Assembly (NCBI RefSeq): GCF_006345805.1
Contig: NC_043001.1
Coordinates: 75,454,001-75,518,000 of the forward strand
Direction of reading: 5' to 3'
DNA length: 64,000 nt
Source: Octopus sinensis
Taxonomy: Eukaryota
Made by a program: the position numbers and the translations under genes. The notes below the pieces were generated by a model. It had not been told where the DNA came from, did no database searches, and saw only the letters and a program-made list of their open reading frames with translations. Positions 12,367 through 25,344 of this stretch are shown one piece after another. Positions within the stretch are counted from its first letter, which is position 1. Each line of letters begins with the position of its first letter.

Positions 12367-13091
12367 GGAGTTAAACGCAGGTGTTATTCAAGTCTTTATA
12401 CTTCCGACATATGTTTCAAAGAAAATATTGGTACTATTCCAGAGGGAATAAAATGATGCAAAACAATGCGATCTTCTCATCAGGGGAAACAAGAGAAACA
12501 AAACACATCAATAAGCCATTTTAACCCTATGTGATGATTGCGTATATGATAATGAGAACGCTGGCAAATTAATTTTTTTTTAAAAACCGTTAATAGATTT
12601 AACGTCAAATGCAATTTAGAGAAAGAGAAGGAGGAGAAGGAAAGAAATTAGCAGACAACCAAGAGTGGAGAAATGTAGTGCAATAGATGAATGGGAATAA
12701 AGCTTAAAGGCGTGGAAAGGAATATATTTAGTGGAAATGAAATGTAAGAAGACACTTAAAGGTCGAAGTTTATAGATTGGTAAATATTACTTATAGGAAC
12801 TAAAGGTATGTTTTGGTCAATGTTTGCAACGATAAAAGCGTTCTTTAAACGTGTTTGCAAGAGAATACTATTAGAACAGGATGAGATAAAGTTCTTCGTC
12901 ACAGAGCAGACAAAAAGATTTACCTTTATCATATGGAAAGGACCGAGATAGAATATTCCATTCCAAATCTTTTCCTCGTGAGAAGATCGCATTGTTTTAC
13001 ATCATTTTATTCCCTCTGGAATAATACCAATGTTTTCTTCGAAAGATATGCCAGAAGCATAAAAATTTAGATAACACCTGCGTTTAACTCC
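12367..13091. repeat. 113-bp inverted repeat arms around a ~500-bp spacer
   Basis: 12367-12479 vs 12979-13091 (ggagttaaacgcaggtgttat…ttccagagggaataaaatgatg…gcgatcttctca), roughly 85-90% identical by eye. Confidence 0.9.
12560..12960 (+). mobile_element. Decayed RTE-like LINE ORF2 3' fragment
   Basis: Broken frames read EISRQPRVEKCSA…LKAWKGIYLVEMKCKKTLKGRSL…, resembling the post-RT region of RTE ORF2. Confidence 0.4.
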
Positions 13092-13446
13092 ATTCTTTAT
13101 CTGTTATACAAAAACATTTCACTAAACCCTGGAATTTCTACCTTTATAAATAGGCTGTAACATCTTAGGTACTTATGTGAATGTTTTGCTACCCTGATAA
13201 CTATTTATCTTTTTTTCCGTGTTATTTGTACACACTGAAAAAATACACATACATTTATATAGATACACATATATATATATAAAGATACACATATAGATAC
13301 ACATATATATAAAGATATATATATATCTATATATATATATATACACAGATATATACATAGGTATATATATGTATATATATATATATATATATATGTATAT
13401 GTATGTATATGTATGTATATATATGTATATGTATATATATGTATAC

Positions 13447-13509
<63 letters not shown>

Positions 13510-13529
13510 TAGAAAGTAATGTAATAAAT

Positions 13530-14260
13530 AAAAACATTACGGAGGATATATTATAAATAATTAGGATTATTTATGAATATATCAATGGCCAAGCATGTTA
13601 TCAGAAAATATATGGAAGAACGTTTATAATTATGAGTAAGGCACAATTTTAAAACCCTTACATGTTAAAAATAGCAGCCAAAGCCGTTATAAAGCCATTT
13701 TATCTGCCATATTAAAAATATTAGACAATAAAACTATCTGCGGGCGACATGACAAATGGAATCCACGACTTAAAAATATCTAGTTAATTCCATAATGAAA
13801 TTTCGACGTTAGGGACCTCTTAAGGGACCCATTCGTCTCGCCAGCGGAAATATTCGTGTAGATAGAAATCAAAAGAAGACTTTACCTTGCAGTTAGCATG
13901 AATCCCGACCGGCAAGAGAAATGTTTCAATCTCTGTCTACACATTGAAGTTTTGAATTCAAATGCCATGCACAGTGTTGATGTGAAAAGCCCGATAAATT
14001 CGAGTCACGGCAAAATCCCCGGATATGAGTCGAGAAAAATTAAATAATTAGAAATTAATGTAAGAAATAAAACATTACGGAGGATATATTTTAAATAATT
14101 AAGATTATTTATGAATATATCAATGGCCAAAAATGTTATCATAAAATACATAGAAGAACGTTTAAAATTATGAACAAGTCACAAATATATCTAAGAGGCT
14201 TTCGAAACCGTTACATGTTAAAAATAGTAGCCAAAACCGTTATAAAGCCATTTTTCATCA
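13530..14260 (+). repeat. ~190-bp direct repeat (13530-13715 and 14068-14255)
   Basis: aaacattacggaggatatatt…atatatcaatggccaa…acatgttaaaaatag…gttataaagccatttt occurs twice. Confidence 0.85.
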
Positions 14261-14302
14261 CTCATATTATTTCTCTTCACAATAAAACCTATCAGGCGGT
14301 AT

Positions 14303-14580
14303 TTAAGCTAGTGCATAGCTTTTAAGCAGCTGACCTCGAATGAGAAAATCTGCAAACAAATCTCTGACTTGTTTTGGAGAATTTGTTTCAGTTGCTTCCT
14401 CTAGAGTCATATCCCAATGATGATCATATTCGTCGCAAAAAGAAAACAAAAACAAAAAAAAAAACATGTAAAAAAATTGGCGTAAACAATCACAGTAATG
14501 AAGACTTGGGAATCCAAAGTTGCAGGATTGCAGGTCCGGATTCGGCCCCAAATGTTTTTAATTTACTAACGGTGTCAGCC
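14303..14580 (-). mobile_element. Helitron RepHel internal fragment (pseudogene)
   Basis: DEYDHHWDMTLEEATETNSPKQVRDLFADFL resembles the Helitron 'DDxHWxxTLEEA…SPxxLRxLF' segment. Upstream IWGRIRTCNP resembles 'GRxYTVxP'. Confidence 0.7.
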
Positions 14581-14695
14581 TGATTCCAAAATGGTATGAT
14601 ATTTTGGGCTATGGCCTCTAGGACTACAGCTGAAAAAGTGTTATACACTGACATTCACATTTATTATATTATACTATATTATTATATCATATTAA

Positions 14696-15085
14696 GGCGG
14701 CGAGCTGGCAGAAACGTTAGCACGCTGGGCGAAATGCGTAGCCGTATTTCGTCTGCTGTTACGTTCTCAGTTCAAATTCCGCCGAGGTTGACTTTGCCTT
14801 TCATCCTTTCGGGGTCGATTAAATAAGTACCAGTTACGCACTGGGGTCGATATAATCAACTTAATCCGTTTGTCCTTGTTTGTCCTCTCTGTGTTTAGCC
14901 CCTTGTGGGTAGTAAAGAAATAGGTATTTTGTTTGCCGTTGGGTTTTCAGTTCGAATTCCGCCGACGTTGACTTTGCCTCTCGTCGTCGATAAAATTAGT
15001 ACCAGTTACGTACTGTGGTTGATGTAATCTATTTAATCACTTCCCCCAAAATTTGAGGCCTTCTGCTTCCAGTAGAAAGGATTTA
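14696..15085 (+). mobile_element. SINE family B, one full-length young copy plus a truncated copy
   Basis: ggcggcgagctggcagaaacgttagcacgctgggcgaaatgc…gtttagccccttgtgggtagtaaagaaatagg, then a second partial body. Confidence 0.9.
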
Positions 15086-15186
15086 TTAAAGTTGAAAAAG
15101 TGTGACACACTTATTATATTAGATATTTATAATTTTAGGGAAATTTTATTTCAAGTAAAGTGTATTAAGTGTATTATATATATATA

Positions 15187-15232
<46 letters not shown>

Positions 15233-15248
15233 TATATATATTATATAT

Positions 15249-15285
<37 letters not shown>

Positions 15286-16277
15286 GCATATATATATGTG
15301 TGTGCGTGTGTGTGTGTGTGTGGTGTGTGTGCGTGTGTATGTATAGAGTGTTAGAAGTGGTGTACATATATTGAATATTGAGAAAAGAGGCGGTCGCCAG
15401 AATTTTGTAAAGAGAATTCGAACTTGTCAAATAAAATTGTAAATGTGCATTTAGGTGGGGTTTTTTTGGCTTTGTTTAGAAGAGGAGAACACTGTTTTTT
15501 GACTTCTTTTAGATTGGGCGTGAGGTTCCAGGACAATGGAAATAGATAGATAGATAGATGGATAGATAGAGGGCAAGACAGATAGATAGATAGGAGGGGA
15601 GAGAGAGGGAGATTTCTTTTCAATTTGGAATGTTTTTTTTCCATTTATTATTTAGTTAGTTTTTTACCATTCTATAGCTACTGGCATGAGTCATGAGTTC
15701 AAGAATAGTGACCTCTTTTCGGACGGAGAAAATAATGAAAAAAGGAATATCCTTACTTAAAGCAATCTTTCTTTTTTTTTCTTAAGGTGTCAAGAAAGAA
15801 AATAGTGTGTGTGCACGCGCGTGTGTGTGTGCCTGAGAGATCATGTGTTTGCAAAAATATATCTATGTCTACACTATGTTATTTCGGTGCTTTACTTTGA
15901 AAAATAAAGTCAGGTTTCCTTTAATTTCATGTTTTTTCATCAACAAACATTAGTTCAATATTTACAAATTAGAAAAATAAAGCCCAACTAGTGATAAAAA
16001 CTCATCCCACTCGCAAAATACTATATGGTTCTTCCAGCGACGATTAAGACACGCTGAGAGCGGGTAGACACCCAGAAACTCGAGTCCGTGTGTATAACAT
16101 AACGTATGGCTAGAGATGGGTGCGATGATCCATCCTCGCAAATACTAAATGGACACAGAATGTGTGTCGTTAGTCAACTGGAAGAGGTGTCTTCTCGGGG
16201 CTATAAACGTCATTAGTAGTCCCGTATTGCTACTGTTTACATCTCGCTCAGAGATTCAATACACCCTATATATATGT

Positions 16278-16733
16278 ATAGTGTAATAAATAAAATATAT
16301 GCATACATACAAACATATATGTATGTACCGACATCTACATGTATATATACATGCATATATAAATATATATATGTACAGGACACCACAAAAAGACGTAAAA
16401 CTCAACAGAAACGAAAACGGAAAAGCCATTTTGTTACAACAGAAAGACAGAGACGTGGAACAGGACAAGGGGATTTTTCCTTGTGTAGCATGTCCTGTAC
16501 CTTGTTTTTCTGTTGAAAATATTGTTTCTCCCGTTTTCGTTCTCGTCCTTTTCCACGTCTCTGTCTTTCTGTTGTAACAAAATGGCTTTTCCGTTTTCGT
16601 TTCTGTTGAGTGTTACGTCTTTTAGTGGTGTCCTGTACGTATATATATTTATACATGCATGTATATATACATGTAGATGTCGGTACGTACATATATGTTT
16701 GTATGTATGCATATATTTTATTTATTACGCTAT
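16278..16733. repeat. Long inverted repeat: 189-bp arms, 78-bp spacer
   Basis: 16278-16466 vs 16545-16733, with 7 mismatches counted by hand (~96%). Confidence 0.95.
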
Positions 16734-16841
16734 TATCTGACAGCGCTTCGCGTCGGGTTCGTTCGAATTTTCGAATTTTCGAATTTTCGCTTCGTTCCGT
16801 CTCCTATCCTCCCAGTATTGTTTTGTTATATATATATATAT

Positions 16842-16883
<42 letters not shown>

Positions 16884-17229
16884 TGAGAGAGATGATAATG
16901 TGAAGTAATAAGTTTTTAAATACTGATATTTAAAGTATTAAACAGTTGACTAGTTATTTAGATAGAATAGAGTGGGACAAATGAGGATAAAGGGTAATCC
17001 AATATAAAGAAAAAGGATGGAAAGATGGGCGAAATAGAAAGAAGAGGAAGCTTTTTAGGCTGAACTATGAAAATGTTGGATAGAATTATCTACAATCAAG
17101 TTACAGAGAAATGATACATAAGTTAAAAAAGTCAGCTGCTGCCTATGAATAAATTATGGCTTCGTAATACGTACCATGATTTCGTTAATTGCTTTAGTTT
17201 AGTTATCATATTTGGACAGACACCCTCTT

Positions 17230-17610
17230 GTCATTTGGGCCTCCTCGACTAGATTCGGAAATGAGTCTCTAATTTGATTGATTCGTCTCTTGCTTCACCT
17301 GTGCAACCTTTGTCACATTGTCGTGACGTCACCAGTCTTAGTCTTTTCTATCTGTATTACCAGTGGAAATCCTCTGAAGAACTTTCTCTCTTAGTTCCAG
17401 ATTACTTTCTGCAATCTCGGCTGACTCGAAACTTACAACACTTTCATCCAAATGCTATTATGATACTACTATCAATAAGAAGTATTTCTACTGTTGCAGT
17501 CTTTTCCCTCGAGAATTCAGACTTTACAACTCTCTTCATCTCATTGTTTCTCCCTTCTTATGACGTAAACTGTTCCAAGTCTAAAGTAAATTCATACCTT
17601 TCACCTTAAT
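17230..17610 (+). mobile_element. CR1/L2-group LINE 3' end of ORF2 (decayed)
   Basis: VQPLSHCRDVTSLSLFYLYYQWKSSEELSLLVP…PSYDVNCSKSKVNSYL matches the recalled 'LxPLSHRRNVASLSLFYRYY…CSSEL…YDLxxFKSxVNxxL' tail. Confidence 0.75.
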
Positions 17611-18769
17611 TTCCCTCTCTATAGTCCCTTACACTAAGTGACTACTCGCCTCGTTTGAGACTTTCTAATAAAAATGCTACCTATGTATTTGCGCTCTCGA
17701 TTTTCTCACTTTTTATATAGAGTCACATTCAGTATGTGGCAGCTACTAAGTGAGAAAGAGAGTGAACTACTCCAATATTCAGCTAGTATCTCTTGTTTGT
17801 GTGTTTTCCTTAGAATATAGTGTGCAAAGTGAAATCTCCATTCACGGCTTAATAAATTAATATATTAAAACAGCGTAAAATGAAGTGTCTTACTCAGGAA
17901 TACAAACCGCCGCTTGGTCCAGGACATTCTGATTGTTAATCAGACATCCTAACCACTAAGACACAAGCCTTCACTACGCAGCCATCTGAAAGGAGAAAAA
18001 GAGAAGGAAAATAAATAATCAGATACAGCAACAAAGAATCAGGAAGGAGACATTTTGGAGAAAGGTTATATATACTAAGATGTGTGAAAGCGAATGAAAA
18101 AAGCGTAAAGATTATCATTATGTACGAATGACAGAGAGGAGAATGAATAAAGAACTTTACAAAACGTGGAAAGAAAGAAGCAGGCAAGAAGCCATATAAA
18201 GAAAGGTTATATATACATATTATGTATCAGTATATAACAGGAGAAAGTATAAGGTTTATGATTATAGAAATACTTACAACTTGCAAATAGGAGAGAGGAG
18301 AAGACGAAAGTTTGTGAAATGTTAAACAATAAAGGAAAACGAGTAAGTTAGAGTAATAAAGAAAGAGGGATAAAAAAAGAGAAAAGAATATATAATGAAA
18401 TAAGCAATAGTGAGATGAGACTACACACATACGCACACACATACACATATATGTAAATATATATGTAATACATTGTATGTATCTTTGTATGTAGTTATTC
18501 TAAAGCCACACTCACATATATATTTGTATATGTACACACAACTACATATATGTACATGTGTATATATTCATATATATATATATATAGACACATGTAGTTA
18601 CATACAGTACTTATGTGCGGGCGTATGCATACACACATACATATACATACTCACAAACATACACACACACATATATATATATATATGAAACAGAAAACTT
18701 TTGAGGATATATCAGCAACCCAACTTATATTCACACAGTAAAAGAGTGAAGAGTGAAGAAAGCGTTTAA

Positions 18770-19280
18770 TGGGGTGGGGGGAGAACTTGATAATGAGGAA
18801 ATAATATTTCTTGGACAACAACTTCACCGATATCTCCAGGGCTCGAATATATGGCTTTAGAACAAATTATTGAAGGGTTTTGAGAAAGTGCTGTTTGAGA
18901 TGATAAGAAAGAACAGCTCATAGCAGAGGATAAGAGAGATACTATTCTCAAAAGAATACCTTTCAAGAAAGTCTAAAAATATAGAAAAATACTAAAATAT
19001 TTTTCGGGAAATATTTATTCATACTTACACGACAATATATCGCAAATCCATACAAAATAGCTTGAAAGATATCGAAAAGTTTCTTGAAGTTTCTATTAAT
19101 GTACTTCTCAACTGACCATAGGTATCAGAAAATATTTACCAAAATGGCTATGCATGTTAGCTCTATCTATTTTAAAAATGAGTATGAACAGAGTGGTTTC
19201 TGCAATGGACTATAATATATACCGGCACCCTACATTGGATACGTCTGACAGCTCACAGCAAATGAAAATCGTTCCATACC
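18770..19280 (+). mobile_element. Possible decayed hAT transposase C-terminus
   Basis: YLPKWLCMLALSILKMSMNRVVSAMD loosely resembles the hATC motif (FPxLxxLAxxxLS…ERxFSxMN). Many stops. Confidence 0.35.
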
Positions 19281-19549
19281 AAATGTATACATTCAATGTG
19301 ATATAGCCTAAAAGAGCATAGTATGTTAGTAAATTCTGAGTTATGACGGAGTTAAATCATCAGTTGTTTCCAAAAAATAAAAAAAAAAAGGCATGAACAC
19401 TTGTAGATATATTATGTGCATAGTCCTTAGTTTGTTGCTTAATACACGAACGCACACGCGCGCGTGCATGCACGCATACATACTCTCTCTCTCTCTCTCT
19501 CACACACATGCATACGTGTGTGTGTGTGTCGGTCTGTTTGTACATATAC

Positions 19550-19908
<359 letters not shown>

Positions 19909-19956
19909 ATCTATTTATAAAAATATTATTTATATATGTAAGAATATATATATATT

Positions 19957-21131
19957 CTCTCCGCAGTACGTATTTTATTGCAAAATAAATATTTATAAGA
20001 TGGTATAAAGACTAGAAAAGAATATGTTAGACTTTACAAGACTTTAAAAAAACATTATAAGTTGTGTTGAAAGTGTTGTCCTTCATTTTCAATATATAAG
20101 TTGACTCTTCTACACATGTTTTGAAATACATATTTGAGAGCCTGACGCGGTATGGACCGTGGGAAGGTTATGATTGCGTCTTTTAGCTCATTAATAGTTT
20201 TCGGTCGATTCTTGTATACTGATCCTCTTATTTGCTCCCCAGACAAAAAAAAAGCTCTTGCGGTGTTAAATCAGGTGATCTTGGTGGCCAAAGTTACTTC
20301 GAAATAATCCGTTCACCGAAAAACTCTTGGTGATGTGCGAAGTATGTGCTGTAGCTCCAACTTGCCAAAAGTATTCATGATTTAATTTCACTTTCAGTGA
20401 GTTGGCCTACAAATGGACAGAAAATATTTGAGCAATATCTCTGTGTTGATGGTGTCTTCAAAAAATATCGGTCCCAGAATACGTTTTCTCGAAACTGCTT
20501 GCATACTCTAACTTTTTCGGGTTGCAGTGGTTGCTCATGCGTCGCGTGTGGATTCTCACTTCTCCATAACCTTGTGTTTTGCGAATTTATGTGTCCCGAC
20601 AGATGAAACCAAGCCCCATCGGTGTAAAAACACCCGTCCAGCACTTCTATGCCTTTTTCGGCAACACAGTTTTGGAACCAATGACAATAATGAAGCCTTT
20701 TAGCATGATCCATAGTCTTCAATTCTTTTGTTTGGAAAGAAATTTAATTTCTGTTTTGCTGACATGTGAGCACTTCCTAGGTTGATTTCCGTTTCCTGTG
20801 ACAAATTGTATGAGGACTTTGACAGACTTGCCAACAGTTTATCAGAAATATTGGAAAGTGTTTCATCTGAAAGAGCAGTAGGCCTACAGCTTCTTGCTGC
20901 GTCTTCCACTGAGCCTGTGTTTCTAAATTTTCTGACCAAATACCGCAGTGTCACGATGTGCAACAACAGAATCTGGAAAAGTTTCCACTAAAAACGCACG
21001 TTCTTCAATGGTTAGCATGTCGACACGCTGAAGGGTACAAAATGACTGAGGGACAATGTCTGACACCCGACCGTCTACGCAGCGATAGCCATGTTGCGCC
21101 TGCGCAGGATGAAAAAATTCACTGCGGAGAG
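19957..21131 (-). mobile_element. Tc1/mariner element (rosa/maT-like), full-length but inactivated
   Basis: Starts MLTIEERAFLVE. Contains YTDGAWFHLSGHINSQNTRLW, FWQVGATAH (catalytic D lost), LWPPRSPDLTP and ends GQHFQHNL. Terminal ctctccgcagt / actgcggagag inverted pair. Confidence 0.9.
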
Positions 21132-21346
21132 ACTTTGTGAACACCTTGAAAAAAATCTATCAGAAAGGAACTCTATCTCACTTAAAAATATATCTTTTGA
21201 TAAGCATAACAAATGCGCAACCGGTAAAAAGAACTTTCACCTAATTAAATACACTTTCCCTTACTTAAATCATTTTGTCAGCATTTTCTTCATTTCCTTT
21301 TTTTATATATCACAACTCGTGTTCCACATCTCCTTTTTTAAATATA

Positions 21347-21403
<57 letters not shown>

Positions 21404-21405
<2 letters not shown>

Positions 21406-21820
21406 TGCAGGAGTGGCTGTGTGGTAAGTAGCTTGCTAACCAACCACATGGTTGCGGGTTCAGTCCCACTGCGTGGCACCTTGGTCAAGTGTCTTCTGCT
21501 ATAGCCTCGGGCCGACCAATGCCTTGTGAGTGGATTTGGTAGACGGAAACTGAAAGAAGCCCGTCGTATATATGTATATATATATATATATGTGTGTCTA
21601 CGTGTATGTTTGTGTGTCTGTGTTTGTCCCCCTAGCATTGCTTGACAACCAATGCTGGTGTGTTTACGTCCCCGTTACTTAGCGGTTCGGCAAAAGAGAT
21701 CGATAGAATAAGTACTGGGCTTACAAAAGAATAAGTCCCGGGGTCGAGTTGCTCGATTAAAGGCGGTGCTCCAGCATGGCCGCAGTCAAATGACTGAAAC
21801 AAGTAAAAGAGTAAAAGAGT
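21404..21820 (+). mobile_element. Full-length SINE family A (tRNA head, internal TA/TG microsatellite, 3' body, (gtaaaaga) tail)
   Basis: A box tggctgtgtgg, B-box-like gggttcagtccc, conserved body ending gtcaaatgactgaaacaagtaaaaga. Confidence 0.92.
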
Positions 21821-22059
21821 ATATATGTATATATATATAAAGAGAGAGAGAGAGAGAGGAGAGACAATTACTCTCTATATAAAAATTATTACTGTTTAAT
21901 TCTTATGTATTAACTATGTATGTATGTATATGTATATATATATGTATATACATACATACATATATACTTACATACATACATACATAAATACTTACATAAA
22001 TACATAGTTAATATATAAGAAGCAAGCAGTAATTATTTTGTTATTGTACGTTTTATGCC

Positions 22060-23520
22060 TTCATTAATGTGTTTATATTTACAACATATTGCCAAGATTT
22101 TATATACAATATATCCTACTCTTTTTCTAAGTTGCACACTTACGGCAATGATTTTCTTATATTAAATGCTGCGCACATAGTTTATGATTCTCAGTTATTT
22201 TCAATATCACCCTTCTATATAATTTATATATTTTATGATTTATCTCCTGCTCTTTATACTTGGAAAGATCTTTTAATTCTTTGAAGGAAATCTAATATCT
22301 TCTAGGATTTAAATGCTGGGAAAGTCAATCATGTTGCTTCTGCATCTAGTAGTAATACATACGTTCATGTTTAACTCTGCTCCTCAGTCAATATATCAAG
22401 AAATTATTTATCATTTTTATTGAGGATTGTTTTCCATTTCTCACAGCTTGTTTCTGTATCATGTTTGTAGCATTGACACAGCTATGATTTTGTAACATTC
22501 ACTTATAACATAATCAGGTTTTGCTTTGATATGAGTATGACGTACATTCTCAGCATATCGTTCTGAACTCTGAGAAGAACTGTTGAAAATATTGACATTA
22601 TATGTTGGCTTGTTGAATCGTAATAGAGCATTAGCCATGAATATAGTATCCACTATTGTATTATTTCTATCTTCCCCATTTTGTTTTGTTTTCCAGTAAT
22701 GCATTTGTTTGATTTTGAAAGATATTCTTCCTTATCAGTTCAACATCTGAACACTTTGTGATAGACTTCTTGTTAACTATGTATTTATGTAAAAGTACAG
22801 TAGTGATTTTCACAACCGTTTTCTATTTTTAGTTAGTTTATTCCGCCCACTGACCATAGTAAATATAACATTTCAATAGCTGATTTTTGGCAGTATCCTC
22901 TCAGTCCTCTCATTAATCTTCTTATATTTCATTCTAGTCATTTTAATTCGTTCGCTTCTCAGATAATCACATTAAAACAATCTATAACTTGTTGCGGTTA
23001 ATGTTTTAGAAATGTTTCAAAACTTGTTTTTAGCATTTAGAGTAAAACGATCGAATACGTCAATAGTATACTTGTTCAACCTTTCTCTTTTTACATGTAG
23101 AGTGGAGTCAATACGACGGTTCCTAAAAGCGCTTGTGGTGTTGAGGTATCAGACAATATATATTTTCATTTTGTTCATCTTAAACAAATCAGAATAATAG
23201 AGCCAGTTTTACCCAATTTTTGTCTATGTCGTAGCCATATCGCGGACTGAATTACAAATTTCAGCGGCCAAATATAACTTCACATGAAACTTTAGCAATG
23301 CATTGAACAAGCCAACTCAAGAGTGTCTTCGTAAGGACGTATCGCACTGCTAGTAATAAGCCACAAACTCTTGACTCTTCAGTCTGTAAGTTGGCTCTTT
23401 CCCAGCACTATAAACGCTGTAAACCCTTGTGTTGTTTTTCTTTGTTCCTAAATATGTATGCTTTTCTTTCTATTTTTTTCGTATTTCAGCCAGCTGATAA
23501 TATAAACAATTTATATGTAC

Positions 23521-23563
<43 letters not shown>

Positions 23564-24050
23564 ATGTGTGTGTGTGCATGTGTGTGTGTGTGCATGCATG
23601 TGCATGCATGTGTGTGTGTGTGTGAATATACTTCTGCACTCACTGTTGCAGTTGATCAAAACAAGTTGAATATCTGAATGGTTACGCAACACAGACCTTT
23701 GCTATTCATCCATCCTACAGCCACAATATGTAAATACAATCTGGACCAGCACGTTAGAACTAAATAGATTATAAGTAGTAGATATATATTTGGATTTTCA
23801 CTAAATTATTCTACCATTCATGAAAATCTGTTAAACATTTCTTTATCATATTTCTTTATATTTAGATACATTATTGATCTCCAACTCGTTGCAGTAGATT
23901 TGATCCGCTCCTCTGGTTCTAATGTTTATAGTTATATTTGTTAGGTTCTATGAGTCGAGACCTCTCTCGAGTTTAATTCAGTTTCTGTTCTAGATATCTT
24001 TGCTCGTAGATTTGTTTCTTAGTAAGAATCCTAACATTAAAACCTCTCTT
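22060..24050 (-). mobile_element. Decayed RTE-clade LINE ORF2 (APE endonuclease to start of RT)
   Basis: Fragmentary motifs in collinear order: RYGYDIDKNW…QHHKR (cf. KYGLGxRNERG…QHHKRR), TDKEEYLSK, CEKWKTI…KILDFLQRI. Many stops and frameshifts. Confidence 0.5.
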
Positions 24051-24289
24051 TTACTTGTATAGAATATATCATTCCCATGTAGTTTTATTTGATTGAATAT
24101 ATTATACAAAACGTTAACAAGCAGACGATGTTTATGTAAATTTAAGTCTTGGAAAATTAAATAATGAGCTGCTAAAGGAATTTAGAAATCTATCGTGATA
24201 TAACGTTTAACTCTGAGGAATGTATTTTGGTATCTTGAAATGCAATAATATAGTAAAATGAACGATTAATGTAATATTTATTATGATTA

Positions 24290-25340
24290 TGTTAAAGTAA
24301 CCCAATTTGTATTATGTGTTTCCCTTGCACTAACATTAGCGGCTCTGTGGGACTTGGCTATGTACAGTATTTTATATTGCTTTAATGTTTTGTATTGCAT
24401 TGTTTTGTATGTAATATATGTTTCTGGACAAGAAGCGACAAATTTGTCTGTATATTTGTAGCTCCTCATATAAATGACAATGACTAAACAAAATATTGCG
24501 AACAACGGTGGTAACGAAACTGAAGCCATTGATAGTGACAGTGTGGCACCCGGCAGGCTCAGGGATTCTGCTCCGGCTCCAGCCTGTCGATATCCAGAAA
24601 GGGACCACCACACAATGCGTAGATGGAGCAAGCAAATTAATGCTGTGGTCATGGCGTTTTGCTACATGAGCAACCTAGTAGATGAAAATGGTGCTCAAAT
24701 TAGGGGTTACCGACAACGTATGTATGATCATTGTAGAGAAAAGGGATTGTTTCAACTCACGCAACAGAGATTATGTGATGAAGCTAGAACAATCAGAAAA
24801 AATCGTTGGTCCACTGAAGTAGAGCTCGAAGCTATCAAAAGTCTTGGAAAATAGCAATAGAGTTAACGATGAAAATACAGTTCTTAATAAAAGTAGTTTC
24901 AGAGCACAGGAAAGAAGCAGTGTTAGTTTACTTCATGAGAGACATATTGATCTAAAAGAAGATAATAAAACTAATGGCGACATGACAGATGAACAAAAGG
25001 CAATCTACGACAGAATAAATCAAGACTACAGGAGAACGACAGCGACATTATTTGCAACCTTAAGAAGGTTGACCGGTGGAAGTTGAACCAAGAAACGAAA
25101 TTTTTGATCACATCAGAACAAACAACATCACAGAAACAAACATGTTGATTCAGACAGCAAGTATTGTTGTAGCAGAAAATGTGGGTGCTGATGTCAACAA
25201 AAAGAAATATAATGGGAGTGACAAAATAAAAAATCCATGGTGGAAAAGAAGAATACAGGCAAGGTTAGATATGCTCTTGGAGAAAATTTCTGTGTTAGAC
25301 CGAAAAGGGAAAGCGGAGCTTAAAAGCGAACAAAAATAGT
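24290..25340 (+). mobile_element. R4/Dong-clade LINE 5' region (pseudogene)
   Basis: RWSKQINAVVMAFCYMSNLVDENGAQIRGYRQRMY…QRLCDEARTIRKNRWSTEVELEAIK and PWWKRRIQ… are characteristic of the Dong/R4 N-terminal region as recalled. Confidence 0.85.
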
Positions 25341-25344
25341 AGTA

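Noticed and set aside
16762-16792. Canonical heat-shock element
   Set aside because: GAAnnTTC units repeat every 8 bp, so three contiguous alternating nGAAn pentamers are not formed.
21404-21480. tRNA-like sequences at SINE heads throughout the window
   Set aside because: They have A/B boxes but no complete cloverleaf, and they continue into SINE bodies. No real tRNA gene was called.
22459-22704. 81-aa minus-strand ORF as a host exon
   Set aside because: It lies inside a decayed RTE LINE whose motifs are in other frames and has no splice signals.
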